The notes under the pieces are model-generated. The model was not told the DNA's origin. It saw nothing but the letters and a program-made list of their open reading frames with translations, and did not search any database. A program made the position numbers and the translations under genes. Positions 1 to 13,669 of a DNA stretch of 64,000 nucleotides are shown here, piece by piece. Every line of letters begins with the position of its first letter. Positions within the stretch are counted from its first letter, which is position 1. The DNA is from Anaeramoeba ignava BMAN. Taxonomy: Eukaryota; Protista; Anaeramoebae. Location: the NCBI GenBank assembly GCA_028826165.1, contig JAPDFW010000095.1, forward strand, positions 124,001 to 188,000. The letters run 5' to 3'.

Positions 1-467
1 TCATCCAAAAAATCAGAACAAATTTTGTGAAAATTTGATGAAAGAATATTGAACTGATAAACTTTATAATGATATCTTTTTGATAAAAGTGTTTTTTTCC
101 ATTTACTTTTTCTTAAAGGAAGATAATCTAAAAGAATCTATTTTTAAAAAAAATTTTGTAAATAAGATTTAATTAAATTAATTGTATCAATTCTAAATTG
201 ATTTTAAAATATGTTTTGATATACTTTCCAACATAAAGGTCTATATAAATCAGGTATTCCTCCTAATTAATTTAAATTTATTTATTTCATCAAAAAAAAA
301 TTTTTTTTAAATTTTGAATAAAAAATTTAATAATAAATTTAAAAGGAAAAAAATTGAAAAATTATTTCAAAACCTTCAAAAGATAAATTTTTAATTTGAT
401 TCAAATCAATTTTTTTTGATAAAGCTTTTTTAAAGTTATCAATTCTTTTTGGAGAATTTCTTTCCAT
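1..467 (-). CDS. TBC-domain Rab GAP (TBC1D13-like), 5' part; gene runs off the window start
   Basis: Hand-spliced from ATG at 467 through two GT-AG introns: MERNSPKRIDNFKKALSKKIDLNQIKNLSFE-GGIPDLYRPLCWK-ILLDYLPLRKSKWKKTLLSKRYHY. This matches the TBC N-terminal motif GIP..LR.LCWKILL.YLP. Confidence 0.8.
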
Positions 468-590
468 TTAAAAAAAGAAAAAAAAAGAAAAAAGAAAAAG
501 AAAAAAAATGAAAATTTTTAAAAATAATTTTTTCATTTTTTTTCATTTTTTTAATTCATTTTTTAAATTCATTCCAATTTATAAAATTTC

Positions 591-1534
591 ATGGAAGAAA
601 CTAATCTAGAAAAAATACCGCCTCTTCCTTATCCAAAAGTTATTTCTTATGTGAATAATTTTATAATTAATACAGTTGAATTTTTAAACAAATTTTCTGG
701 GATTTGTGAAGAGAAATTATCAAATGTTTCCCAATCAATTCAACACCTTGAAATACGTTTATCAATTCTGGAAGATAAGCTCTCATCAATTCCTATTGTT
801 GGAGGTGAATTTTTTGATCTAAACATATTCACTTTTCAATTTATTTCTCAATGAATTAAAATGAATAATAATAATTTTTTTTAATTTTGTTTGGAAAATT
901 TTTACAGAATTTACTCCACCTCCAAATATTACTGATGAACTTATACCGCCAAACCCCGAGGAGAAGATAGAAGGTGAAATTGAACCACCACAAAATGGTA
1001 ATTTTATTAATAAAAACCAATTGAAAAATTAAATTGAAAAATTAAATTGAAAAATCATTTAAAAAATTCGTTTTATTTTCTAAAAGCCAATCCAGTTAAA
1101 AATGATTCTCGATATAAACATTATTTTGATATGGTTCGTTATGGAGTTCCACCTGATGGAGTTAAAGATAAAATGAGAGCATTAGGATTAAATCCTGATC
1201 TTCTTGAGTAAATTAAAATTAAAATTAAAACTAAAATTAAAACTAAAATTAAAAATTAAAACTAAAATTAAAATTATAATTATAATTAAAATTCATTTAT
1301 AAAATTAAAATTAATATTAAAACTAAAATTAAAATTAAAATTAAAATTAATATTAAAACTAAAACTAAAATTAAAATTAAAATTAAAATTAAAATTAAAA
1401 TTAAAATTCATTTATGAAATTAAAATTAAAATTAATAATTAAAATTAAAATTAAAATCAAAATTAAAATTAAATTTAAAATTAAAATTAAAAAGTAATCC
1501 AGATGCTCCTGCTCCTCCTCCTGATTCTAATTGA
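591..1534 (+). CDS. WASHC3: WASH complex subunit 3 (CCDC53)
   Basis: Four exons (591-804, 908-997, 1087-1207, 1495-1534). N-terminus VNNFIINTVEFLNKFS..CEEKL..LE.KLSSIP; C-terminus KNDSRYKHYFDMVRYGVP..VKDKMRALGLNPDLLDNPDAPAP. Confidence 0.92.
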
Positions 1535-1883
1535 TCTTTTCTTTGCATTTATTCTTATTTTGATTTTCTTTTAAAATTCTTTTAAAATTCTTTTAAAATT
1601 CTTTTCTTTTAATAATTCAAATTTAAATGAAATTTTTTTTTCCGATTTTGAATTTTTAATTTTGAATTTTGAATTTTGTTTTTGTTAATTTTTTATTTAG
1701 TTTTTTGTTTTTCTTGTTAGAAAATTTGAAAAGAAAATTTGAAAAAAGAAAATTTGAAAAGAAAAATTTGAAAAAAAAAAATTTGAAAAAAAAAAATTTG
1801 TTTTAAAAGTTGATTGTTTTGAGCTTTTGTTCCAAAAGAAAAAGAAAAGGAAAAGAAAAACAAAAACAATCAAAAAATTGAAA

Positions 1884-4800
1884 TTATTTTTGAATCATCA
1901 TTTTCACAAATTCTAAAAAAAGCAAAACAAAAAGAAAAAAAAAATTTTTTTTTTGAGAATTTTTTTGAGAATTATTTTTTTTTTTGAGAATTTAAAAAAT
2001 ATAAATATTTTAAATACCTTTGTAATTGATCTTTCCATCTGAATCCATACCAACTTCCTTAATCATTTGAGTTACAACATCACGAGGAAGTGGAGTACCT
2101 AATTTAGTTAAAGCATATCTAAGATCAGAAGCCAAAACAAAACCATTATTTTCCTTTTTTTTTTTTAAACAAAATTTAATTTAATTTTTTAATTTAATTT
2201 TTTAATTTAAAAATTTTTTCTTTTTACTTTATCAAGTGTTGAAAATGCTTTGATTAATTCTTCTTCTTTTTGTTCTTTAGCTCCTTCAAAACGTTGAATT
2301 AATTCTAAAAACTTATCAAAATCAACTCTATTGTTTATTTTTTTTGATCAAAAATTTTTTAAATTATTTTGACTTAAAAAAAAAATTTAATAAAAACTTA
2401 CTCAGTTTCATTTTGTTTAAAATTCTCAATCTTTTTTAAAAATAAAAATATAAATCAATAAAAATATAAATCAATTTAAATTTTAAATTTTAAATTTTAA
2501 ATCAAGAATATTTTACAATTTCTTGAATTTCTGTATCTGTTGGAAATTGTCCAGCAGCTCTTATTAAAGAACCTAATTGATCAAATTCAATTTTTCCCTT
2601 TTTTTTTACATTATCAATTTTTATATAAATTTTTATATAAATTTAATTATAAATTTTGATATAAATTTAATTATAAATTTTGATATAAATTTTGATATAG
2701 ATTTTGATATCAATTTTGATATAAATTTTAATATAAATTTAATTATAAATTTAATTATAAATTTTTAAATAAATTTAATTATAAATTTAATTATAAATTT
2801 TGTGTTGAATTTTGATATAAATTTAATTATAAATTTTGATATAAATTTAATTATAAATATAGTTATAAATTTAATTATAAATATAATTATAAATTTAATT
2901 ATAAATTTTAATATAAATATAATTATAAATTTAATTATAAATTTTGATATAAATTTAATTATAAATTTTGATATAAATTTAATTATAAATTTTGATATAA
3001 ATTTAATTATAAATTTTGATAAATTTAATTATAAATTTGATATAAATTTTGAAATAAATTTAATTATAAATTTAATTATAAATTTGATATAAATTTTGAT
3101 ATAAATTTTGATATAAATTTTGATATAAATTTAATTATAAATTTAATTATAAATTTTGATATAAATTTAAATATAAATTTAATTATAAATTTAATTATAA
3201 ATTTAATTATAAATTTAATTATAAATTTAATTATAAATTTAATTATAAATTTAATTATAAATTTAATTATAAATATAAATAAATTTAATTATAAATTTAA
3301 TTATAAATTTAATTATAAATTTAATTATAAATTTAATTATAAATTTTAATTATAAATTTAATTATAAATAAATTTAAATTTAATTATAAATTTAATTATA
3401 AATTTAATTATAAATTAAATTATAAATTTAATTATAAATTTAATTATAAATTTAATTATAAATTTAATTATAATTTTTTAATTATAAATTTAATTATAAA
3501 TTTAATTATAAATTTTTATAAATTTAATTATAAAAATTATAAATTTTTATATAAATTTAATTATAAATTTAATTATAAATTTAATTATAAATTTAATTAT
3601 AAATTTAATTATAAATTTTATAAATTTAATTATAAATTTAATTATAAATTTAATTATAAATTTAATTTTATAAATTATAATTTTAATTATAAATTTAATT
3701 ATATATAAATTTAATTATAAATTTAATTATAAATTTAATTATAAATTTAATTATAAATTTAATTATAAATTTAATTATAAATTTAATTATAAATTTTTAA
3801 TTATAAATTTAATTATAAATTTAATTATAAATTTAATTATAAATTTAATTATAAATTTAATTATAAATTTAATTATAAATTTAATTATATTAAATTTAAT
3901 TATAAATTTAATTATAAATTTAATTATAAATTTAATTTAAATTTAATTATAAATTTAATTATAAATTTAATTATAAATTTAATTATAAATTTAATTATAA
4001 ATTTAATTATAAAAATTTAATTATAAATTTAATTATAAATTTAATTATAAATTTAATTATAAATTTAATTATAAATTTAATTATAAATTTAATTATAAAT
4101 TTAATTATAAATTTAATTATAAATTTAATTATAAATTTAATTATATTATAATTAATTTAATTATAAATTTAATTATAAATTTAATTATAAATTTAATTAT
4201 AAATTTAATTATAAATTTAATTATAAATTTAATTATAAATTTAATTATAAATTTAATTATAATTATAAATTTAATTATAAATTTAATTATAAATTTAATT
4301 ATAAATTTAATTATAAATTTAATTATAAATTTAATTATAAATTTTTAATTATAATTTAATTATAAATTTATATAATTTTAATTATAAATTTAATTATAAA
4401 TTTAATTATAAATTTAATTATAAATTTAATTATAAATTTAATTATAAATTTAATTATAAATTTAATTATAAATTTAATTATAAATTTAATTATAAATTTA
4501 ATTATAAATTTAATTATAAATTTAATTATAAATTTAATTATAAATTTAATTATAAATTTAATTATAAATTTAATTATAAATTTAATTATAAATTTAATTA
4601 TAAATTTAATTATAAATTTAATTATAAATTTAATTATAGATTTAATTATAAATTTAATTATAAATTTTGATATAAATTTAATAGATAAATTTAATTATAG
4701 ATTTAATTATAGATTTAATTATGAAAGCAATCTAATTAAAAAATAAATTCTTAATAAAATGATTGAAATTGTATTTATTTTAAAATTTGGATTTTTCTTA

Positions 4801-4959
4801 TTTTGCCATTTCTTTTATTTTTCTTTTATTTTTCTTTTATTTTTCTTTGTTGTCTTTTGTATTTAAATTTAAATAAAAATTTTATACATCTAGATTATAG
4901 TCAAACAAATCAAACACTTCTTGAAGTTTTTCTTTTTGTTCTTGAGTTAATTCTGACAT
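1884..4959 (-). CDS. Calmodulin-like / myosin light chain EF-hand protein (6 exons)
   Basis: MSELTQEQKEKLQEVFDLFDYNLD|GKIEFDQLGSLIRAAGQFPTDTEIQEI|...VDFDKFLELI...EEELIKAFSTLDK|ENNGFVLASDLRYALTKLG...DSDGKINYK|EFVKMMIQK*. Intron 1 (~2598-4887) is ~2.3 kb. Confidence 0.88.
2620..4720. repeat. Intronic 12-bp tandem repeat (TTATAAATTTAA)n
   Basis: Directly visible. It fills intron 1 of the calmodulin-like gene, and the same unit recurs at ~56050-56430. Confidence 0.95.
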
Positions 4960-5223
4960 TAAAAAATTAAATTGAAAAGAAAAGAAAAGAAAAAAAATGA
5001 AAAAAAAAATTTTAGTTTTGTTTTTTTTTTTTAAATTAAAGTTTTTATTTTTGAAGGCAAAAAAAATAAGAAAAAATTTTTTTTTCATTTTTTTTTCATT
5101 TTTTTTTTAATTTCTTAATCAATAAAACCTTTTTAGAAAATTCTCCAAAAAAATAAAAAAAAACTTTCAAAAATTCTTGTCAATTCAATTTTAAATTAAT
5201 TTTAATTTAAAAATTAGTTTTTT

Positions 5224-5237
5224 AAATGACGTCATTT
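5224..5237. promoter_or_regulatory. 14-bp palindrome AAATGACGTCATTT containing a CRE/bZIP core
   Basis: Perfect TGACGTCA in the otherwise AT-rich divergent promoter between the calmodulin-like gene and RNase Z. Confidence 0.45.
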
Positions 5238-5348
5238 GATTTTCTCATTTAAAAAAAAAACCAAACCAAAAAAAATCAATTTTTTATTTTTTTCTTAATA
5301 TTAAATTTACCAAAATTTAATTCTTCTTTACTCTTTACTCTTTTTTCA

Positions 5349-8300
5349 ATGAAAATTTTTATTGAAATTGTTGGAGTTTCTGATGGAGAAACAAGTCCTT
5401 CAATTTTATTATTTCTTGATGACAGAAGATATATTTTTAATTGGGGAGAAGGTATTAAATATAAATATAAATATAAATATAAATATAAATATAAATATAA
5501 ATATAAATATAAATATAAATATAAATATAAATATAAATATAAATATAAAATAAATAAATATAAATATAAATATAAATATAAAATCTAAATATAAATAAAT
5601 ATAAAATATAATAAATAAAAATATAAATATAAATATAAATATAAATATAAAAATATAAATATAAATATAAATATAAATATAAATATAAATATAAATATAA
5701 ATATAAATATAAATATAAATATAAATATAAATATAAATATAAATACAAATATAAATATAAATATAAATATAAATATAAATATAAATATAAATATATTTAA
5801 AAATTAAAAATTAAAAATTAAAAATTAAAAAGGAATTCATAGATCTTTAATTGAACATAAAATGAAGTTAGCCAAAATTGATCATATTTTCTTTACTAAA
5901 TTGGATCATTCAACTTTTTCAGGAATTCCTGAATTAATATTAGAAAAAACACATAAACCTGAATGTTATAAACCATTATTTTGTCATGGACCTGATCATT
6001 TACTTAGATTAATAATGAGTAGTTTTTATATAATATGGAATAGAAAGAAAAAATTGTGGATTAAAGAATTCAAAGAAGAAGAAAAAGAAGCAATTTATAA
6101 AGATGGGAAAATAGAAATTGAACCAATTATATTAACATCTGAATCAAAAAATAATAAATCAAATAAAAAATCAAATGATAATTTGAATGGTAATTTTATA
6201 ATAGATTCAAATGACAATTTTATAACTGAATCAAGTGATTATTTTGTCAGTGATTCAAATGGAAATGATTCAAATGAAAATGAAAATGATTCAAATGAAA
6301 ATGATTCAAATGGAAATGATTCAAATGGAAATGATTCAAATGAAAATGAAAATGATTTAAATCAAAATGATTCAAATGGAAATGATTTAAATGGAAATGA
6401 TTCAAATGAAAATGATTCAAATGGAAATGATTTAAATCAAAATGAAAATAAAAATGATTCAAATGAAAATGAAAATGATTTAAATCAAAATGATTCAAAT
6501 GGAAATGATTTAAATGGAAATGATTCAAATGGAAATGATTTAAATGAAAATCAAAATGAAAATGAAAATAAAAATCAAAATCAAAATCAAAATAAAAATC
6601 AAAATCAAAATCAAATTCAAAATCAAAATCAAAATCAAAATCAAAATCAAAATCAAAATCAAAATCAAAATCAAAATCAAAATCAAAATCAAAATCAAAA
6701 TCAAAATCAAAATCAAAATCAAAATGAAAATGAAAATCAAAATGAAAATCAAAATGAAAATCAAAATCAAAATAATTTAAATGAAAATAATTTAAATCAA
6801 AATAATTTAAATGAAAATCAAGAAATTAAAGTTCCTCAAATTATGACAAATGATTTTTTTTGGCAAAATCTTTTTCAAAAATATTTTAATCCAAGAATAT
6901 TTCGAGATTGTGAAAATCTTTATCCAAATTTTCAAGGAAAAGAAAATAATTTAAATTATGAAATAATTGATTTTTCATTAAGAGTTTACCCACATTATTT
7001 AAAACAATTTCTTCCAGAAATAGAGAAGAAAAAAGAAGTTATTTGTTATATTTGTCATACACCAGATACACCAGGAAAAATTAATGTTGAGAAAGCAAAA
7101 AAAAAAGGAATTAAACCAGGACCTTTATTTGGTAGATATTTTTTTTAAAAATTAAAATTCAAAAATTCAAAATTCAAAATTTCAAAATTTCAAAATTTCA
7201 AATTAAAAGGAAAACTTCTTAAAGAAGAAACTTTAACTTTGGATAATGGAGAAATTATCAAATGCTCAGATTTTGTTTCTCCTCCTCAAAAAGGAGCAAT
7301 TTTTGCAGTTATTGATTGTCCTTCTCGGAAATTTTTATCATGTTTAAAGAATCATCCAAAATTAAAGAAATATAAGGAAAAAACAAGTCTAAATATTTCT
7401 TTTATGTTTCATATGGTTTCTACAAAAGTTTTCAATGACCCAGAATTTACTCATTTCCTTTCAGATTTTCCAAAAACAAAAGTAAGAAAGAAATCAAAAA
7501 AAAAAGAAAATGTTGAAAAAGTAAAACCAAAATAATATTTTCGTTTAAAATTTAGCATATATTTCTCCAAGATTTAAATCAACAATCTTTTCCAGGTGAA
7601 TCAGTTTTCAGCTCTTCTTCACTGCTTCGCTATCAATTAAATATTGAATCACAAGAATTATTCCCAATTCCAAAGTCACATTGGATTGAACCGCAAATTG
7701 CAGCAAAAGAATTGAATCAAAATATCGGAAAACAAACCAATTTTGAAGCAAAACATTCGCTTAGGATTAATATTCAACCCAAAAACAAATTTGGAATTGA
7801 TTTTAGTGAAATGGAAAAACATAATAAGGAATTTATGTTAGAGTATAAAAACTTATATGAAAAAAAGGAAGAAAAGAAGAATTTTGTTAAGAATGAAAAT
7901 TTGGATCGTTTTGAAAATGAGAATGAAAATGAAAATGAAAACTTTTTTGAAGAAATTACGTTTCTTGGAACAGGCGCAGTCTCGCCAACAAAATATTCGA
8001 ATGTGAGTTCCATTCTAATGAAAATGAAGGAAGACTTGTATTTTATGCTGGATTGTGGAGAAGGAACATTTGGGCAAATGATGAAACATTTTGGAAAGGA
8101 AGAAGCAGAAAGAATATTACCATTGATTCAATATATATGGATATCGCATATTCATGTTGATCACCAACTGGGAATCATGGCGTTACTGAAAATACGAGAG
8201 AAAATATGGAAAAAAACACAAAAAAATAGTGGATCAGAATATATTCCACCAGTTGTTTTTGGAACACGATGTTTATTTAAGTTTCTTCGAGATTATAATA

Positions 8301-8890
8301 AATCAACTTTGTCGGATTTAAAATACAAATTTATTGTGAACACAAAAATTGAAGAGTTTTTTGAGAGTCAAAAGGAATATACAAAAAAGATATTCGGTTC
8401 AGAATTAAAAGGAAAAAGTGTTCCTGTTATTCATTGTCGAGATAATTCGTTCGGATTGATTTTGACAAAGAAGAAAAGAAAGTTTGTTTATTCAGGAGAT
8501 ACTCGTCCGTGCGAAGAATTAATCGAAGCAGGAAAAAATGCTGATATTCTTGTTCACGAAGCTACTTTTGCTACTGGTTTGGAAGAACAAGCTAAAGCAA
8601 AAAGACATTGCACTGTTTCTGAAGCTATCGGTGTTGCTCAGAAAATGAAAGCAAAGTGCCTGATTTTGACCCATTTTAGTCAGAGATACTCTGGAAGTCA
8701 AGCAATTACTAATTATTTTTATTCTGATAATTTAGTTCAATCTCAAAACTCAAATAATGGATTAAATCAAATTTTTGTTAATCCAAATACTCAAGAAAAA
8801 TTAAATGTTTTTTTTGCTTGTGATTTTTTAAGAATCACACCAAAAATAATACGAGAAATGGAAGAAAGAGAAAATAATAAAATAAAATAA
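5349..8890 (+). CDS. ELAC2: Ribonuclease Z, long form (ELAC2/Trz1), 4 exons
   Basis: N-terminus RYIFNWGEG|IHR..EHKMKLAKIDHIFFT; exosite PGKINVEKAKKKGIKPGP; FLGTG, LDCGEGT, HIHVDH (HxHxDH), YSGDTRPC, HEATF, THFSQRY. Confidence 0.96.
5456..5795 (+). repeat. Intronic (TAAATA)n microsatellite
   Basis: Fills intron 5452-5832. The same unit fills introns at ~11490-12290 and ~60810-61072, and occurs in reverse at ~26045-26243. Confidence 0.95.
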
Positions 8891-9031
8891 ATAGAAAATA
8901 AAATATTTTTTTATTGATTTTTTTTAGATAATTTTTGCTAATTCAAAAAAAAAAAAGTGGAACAAAAAAGTAAAAAATTTTTTTGTTGGTTTTTTGAATA
9001 AGAAAAATATCTTCAACCAACCAATTCATTT

Positions 9032-11098
9032 TCAATCATCGTTTTTGAGTTCTTCCAATAATTGGTCGAACTTATTCTTCTCATTTTCCTTTTTGTGTTT
9101 TTGCAATTCAACCAATTCTTTTTTTTTATCTTCCAACATTTTTTGTTTTGCATCTTCTTCAACTTTTTTGACTCTCTCATCATCCTCTTTTTCAGTACTC
9201 CATAAAGGGCATTTGCCATTACCGAAGTGACCGTATTTCTCTCTGTTGATAGATTTACCGCAGACATAGCACATAATCTCACTGCATTTCGAACAAACAA
9301 TTTTATTACACCCTTCCACTTTGTAATATTTTTGGTGGCACTTATTACACTCATGGAGAAAGGCACTTGTCATCTGTTCCTCGATAAACTTTCTTCTCTT
9401 TGTGTCTGAGTCGCGCTCGACTTCCTCGCACTTTAAAGGACGGTGGTCCAATTCTCCACATTTCAAGCAAGAAGCCTTCATGCAAGAGGGATTCTTGCAT
9501 TCAAGAACGGTTGTATTTGGGTCATCTATGATAACAGCATACTCACAGAAAGGGCATTTCTTGAGATTTGTAAGACCAGCAAGATCGACGTCTTGCTCTT
9601 GAAGGAGTCTCTGATAGAGATTCCAAGTTTTTGAAGGAACTGCTTTTTCAATCATTTCTCGGGAAAATTTTTCCCGGCAACCGTCCATACTCATGCAATA
9701 AATTTCTCTCTTTCTTTGACTTATGGCCTCCTCTACTAGTCTTTTGAGGCATGTGGAACAGAAGAGATGGCCTCCATTGCACGAGACCATTTCGTCGAGA
9801 GGGACATCTGTGAAGCAGCAAGCGCATTCTATCAGGGCGCCTTCCTTCTCATACTGTTCCTCGTTTAGTTTCTTTGCAAGCTCTTCATCCAATTTGGCTT
9901 GCTCGGCTTTCAGCTGTCTCTGGATGAAGGCCAGCTCTTTGTGTATTACAGAATCGCTTTTTGTGAACGGAAACTCTTTTTTTTGACGCGGCCGTTTTTG
10001 CGTTTTTATTTTTTTGTCGTTGATCGCTTCGCGGATTGCCTTGTAAGTTGGTGCATAACGGAAGAAGTTTGACTTGAAATATTGCTTGATTTTTTTCTCC
10101 TGCACAAAAACAAATTCATTTAGCAAATAATTAAGCGCTGTGCGTTGATATTCTTCATCCAAAACGGTTTTCAAAGTGTAATAGTTAATTTTCAACTCTT
10201 CTTCTTCTTGTTTTTTTCGGATTTCCTCTTTACTGGGTTCCTTTTTCTGCCGTGGATATTCCTTTTGCTTAAGAATTACATCCATTACTTGGGTCAATCC
10301 ATCCATTTCCTTTTGTGGATCAAAATTTTTGTTGATCTGCTCTTTGATCCATTTGTGTTGAGCATCCGGTAAAATCTCGAGAATGCTGGCAAACAACTCA
10401 TCCTCTGTGTAGATCTTCATCTTCTCCACTTCGTCCCCTCCCCGGTTCACTTGCGCTCTGGGGTCTTCCAGTAATTGTGCCATCAGAATTTCTGGGCTCG
10501 AGAGTTGATCCTCATCCAACGTCTGAATAAGCGTGGAAAGATATGTTGGATCCATTTCTGGGTACATATTCAATATCGACACAAGAAGCTCGTCTCGCTT
10601 CTCGTCAAGATTCATGTTGTGCGGCTTCCTCTTCTCCATATTTGGTTGATAGAAATCTGGGTAATTGTGTTCGTGTTTGTGTTTATGATGTAAATGTCGA
10701 TGTGTATGTTGCTGTAAATGCTTGTGCATTCGATCCTCTTTTGTTTTATGTTTTTCTCCTTTTGTTTTCTTATTTTCGCCATTTACAAAGAAATTTTCTC
10801 CGTTTATCCCAAAATTTGTTGGGTTCATTTGGAAATTTTCCCCATTTGTTCCTACATTTTCTCCATTTTGATGTGTTAGAAAAAATGGATTAAATCCAAA
10901 ATCTGGTTCGTTTTTTGGCTCTTCTTGTTGTGGATTGTTTTCTACTTCGTTCCCTATTAATTGTTCAATTGCTAATTCAAATAAATTATTTGGATTGTTT
11001 TTTGTATTGTTGATGTTTTCAATAACGTTTTTTATCTCCATTGGGTTTTTATTTGGGAACATTTCAACTAATTGAGCAAGTACTTCATCGTAATTCAT
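9032..11098 (-). CDS. RNF216: RBR E3 ubiquitin ligase, RNF216/TRIAD3-like, with N-terminal CUE-like repeats
   Basis: RING1 IECACCF..CNGGHLFC..C, IBR CPFC..C.NP.C..SC..C...H...C, RING2 C.KC....K.EGCNKIVC..C...CYVC, and C-terminal KCPLW. L.EMFP / LNMYP / LEILPD are CUE-like motifs. Intronless; likely ATG at 11098. Confidence 0.9.
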   Translation of the reverse strand: MNYDEVLAQLVEMFPNKNPMEIKNVIENINNTKNNPNNLFELAIEQLIGNEVENNPQQEEPKNEPDFGFNPFFLTHQNGENVGTNGENFQMNPTNFGINGENFFVNGENKKTKGEKHKTKEDRMHKHLQQHTHRHLHHKHKHEHNYPDFYQPNMEKRKPHNMNLDEKRDELLVSILNMYPEMDPTYLSTLIQTLDEDQLSSPEILMAQLLEDPRAQVNRGGDEVEKMKIYTEDELFASILEILPDAQHKWIKEQINKNFDPQKEMDGLTQVMDVILKQKEYPRQKKEPSKEEIRKKQEEEELKINYYTLKTVLDEEYQRTALNYLLNEFVFVQEKKIKQYFKSNFFRYAPTYKAIREAINDKKIKTQKRPRQKKEFPFTKSDSVIHKELAFIQRQLKAEQAKLDEELAKKLNEEQYEKEGALIECACCFTDVPLDEMVSCNGGHLFCSTCLKRLVEEAISQRKREIYCMSMDGCREKFSREMIEKAVPSKTWNLYQRLLQEQDVDLAGLTNLKKCPFCEYAVIIDDPNTTVLECKNPSCMKASCLKCGELDHRPLKCEEVERDSDTKRRKFIEEQMTSAFLHECNKCHQKYYKVEGCNKIVCSKCSEIMCYVCGKSINREKYGHFGNGKCPLWSTEKEDDERVKKVEEDAKQKMLEDKKKELVELQKHKKENEKNKFDQLLEELKNDD

Positions 11099-11400
11099 TT
11101 TAGTTTTCAATTAAATTTAAGTAAATTAATTTAGGGATTTTGTGGATAATTTTTAAAAATAATTAAAATAAAAATTAAAATAAAATAAAAAGGAAAAAAA
11201 TGAAAATTTTAATTTGTAAAAAAAATTTTAAATTTAAATTTGGAATTTAGAAAAAAGAAGAAAAAAAAAAAGAAAGAAGAAAAACAGAAGAAAAACACGA
11301 ATTTCAAAAATTAAAAATTAAAAAAATTAAATTTTTCATTTTTCATTTTTCATTTTTCATTTTTTTCATTTTAAAAAACAAAAAATTTTTAATAAAATAA

Positions 11401-13538
11401 ATGCCACCAAAAAAACAACCTAAAAAAAAAAATCAAAAGAAAAAAAATAAATCTAAACAAACTAAAACAAATCAACCGTAAGAAAAATGAATAAATATAA
11501 ATATAAATATAAATATAATTATAAATATAAATATAAATACAAATATAAATATAAATATAAAAATAAATATAATTATAAATATAAATATAAATATAAATAT
11601 AAATATAAATATAAATATAAATATAAATATAAATATAAATATAAATATAAATATAAATATAAATATAAATATAAATATAAATATAAATATAAATATAAAT
11701 ATAAATATAAATATAAACATAAATAAAATATAAATATAAATAAAAATATAAATATAAAATATAAATATAAATATAAAATATAAATATAAATATAAATATA
11801 AATATAAATATAAATATAAATATATAAATATAAATATAAATATAAAATATAAATATAAATATAATTATAAATATAAATATAAATATAAAATAAAATATAT
11901 AAATATAAATATAAATATAAATATAAATATAAATATAAATATAAATATAAATATAAATATAAATATAAATATAAATATAAATATCAATATCAATATAATT
12001 ATAAATATAAATATAAATTTAATTATAAATATAAATATAAATATAAATATAAATATAAATATAAATATAAATATAAATATAAATATAAATATAAATATAA
12101 ATATAAATCTAAATATCAATATAAATATCAATATCAATATAATTATAAATATAAATATAAATTTAATTATAAATATAAATATAAATATAAATATAAATAT
12201 AAATATTAATATAAATATAATAAATATAATAAATATAAATATAAATATAAAAATAAATATAAATATAAATATTATAATTATAAAATATATAAAAGTAACG
12301 TTTTCATACCAAAAGCACTCAACCCAGATATCAAACAAATGCTTCCACACGAAATCGTAGAAGATGAAATACTACAATACAAATCTAAGAAATTCTGGGA
12401 TAGTCAACCAGTACAAAAATTAACCGAAAAACGACCCGAAAAGGCACAAGCATTAATCGAGCAAAAAGTAGAAGAAATTCGTAAAAAATCATTGCCACTT
12501 CCAGAAGGTTTTGAATGGTTTTTGATTGATCTAAAAGATGAAAAAATTATGGATGAACTTTATCAATTACTTTCAGGTCATTACGTTGAAGACAACGACT
12601 CCATGTTTAGATTCAACTACTCACCAGAGTTTCTTCGCTGGGCTTTATTAGTTCCAAATTACGAGCCAGATTGGCATTTAGGAGTTCGAGTGATTGAATC
12701 CAAAAAGATAGTCGGATTCATTTCAGGAACTCCAATTAATTTGAAAATTTTTGATAAAGACATGAGAATAGCCGAGGTCAATTTTCTGTGTGCTCATAAA
12801 TCCTTGAGATCAAAAGGACTCGGCCCAATTCTGATCAAGGAAATCACAAGAAGAATCAATTTGAAAGGAATTTTTCAGGCTGTTTATACTGCAGGCAGAT
12901 TGTTGCCTTCCCCAGTTGCAACTGCTACTTACTACCACAGAATAATCAACAACGAGAAGCTTCTTGATGTTGGTTTTACGCAGCTTGATGAGGATACCAC
13001 TCTCGAGAAAATGAAGAGACTTAATAAAATCCCTGAAAAGTTGGCTTGTTCAAATTTAAAAAAAATCGAAAAAGCAAATATTCCTTCTGCCTGCAAATTA
13101 TTGAATGATTATCTCGCAAAAAAAACAATAAGTGTTCAATTTGATGAAGCAGAGTTTGAATGGTTGTTTGTTTCAAGAGATAATGTTGTTTATACTTATG
13201 TTATTGAAAACGAGAAAAATCATCAAGTCACTGATTTACTTAGTTTTTATATTCTTGATTCAACTGTTATTAATCATCCAAAACATTCTTCTTTCAAAGC
13301 TGCCTATGCTTTCTATGTTGTTCCCAATACGATTGATATCAATATTCTTATGCTCGATGCTCTTGTTCTTGGTCAATCTCTTGGATGCGATGTTTTTAAC
13401 TGTTTGAATATTATGGATAATGATGATTTCATTCATAATTTGAGATTTGGTCTTGGTGATGGTCATTTACATTATTACTTATATAATTGGGCTTCTCCTG
13501 AAATTTTACCAAAAGAAATAGGACTTACAATGCTTTAA
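11401..13538 (+). CDS. NMT: Glycylpeptide N-myristoyltransferase
   Basis: Lys-rich exon 1 (11401-11477) splices in frame to 12296. Motifs [56 protein letters not shown]. Confidence 0.97.
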
Positions 13539-13669
13539 TTTTAATTTTAAATTCAAATTTAAATTCAAATTCAAATTCAAAATCAAAATCAAAATCAAAT
13601 TCAAATTCAAAATCAAAATAAAATTCAATTCAAATTTAAATTTATTTTCTTTGTTAATTTTATTGAATT

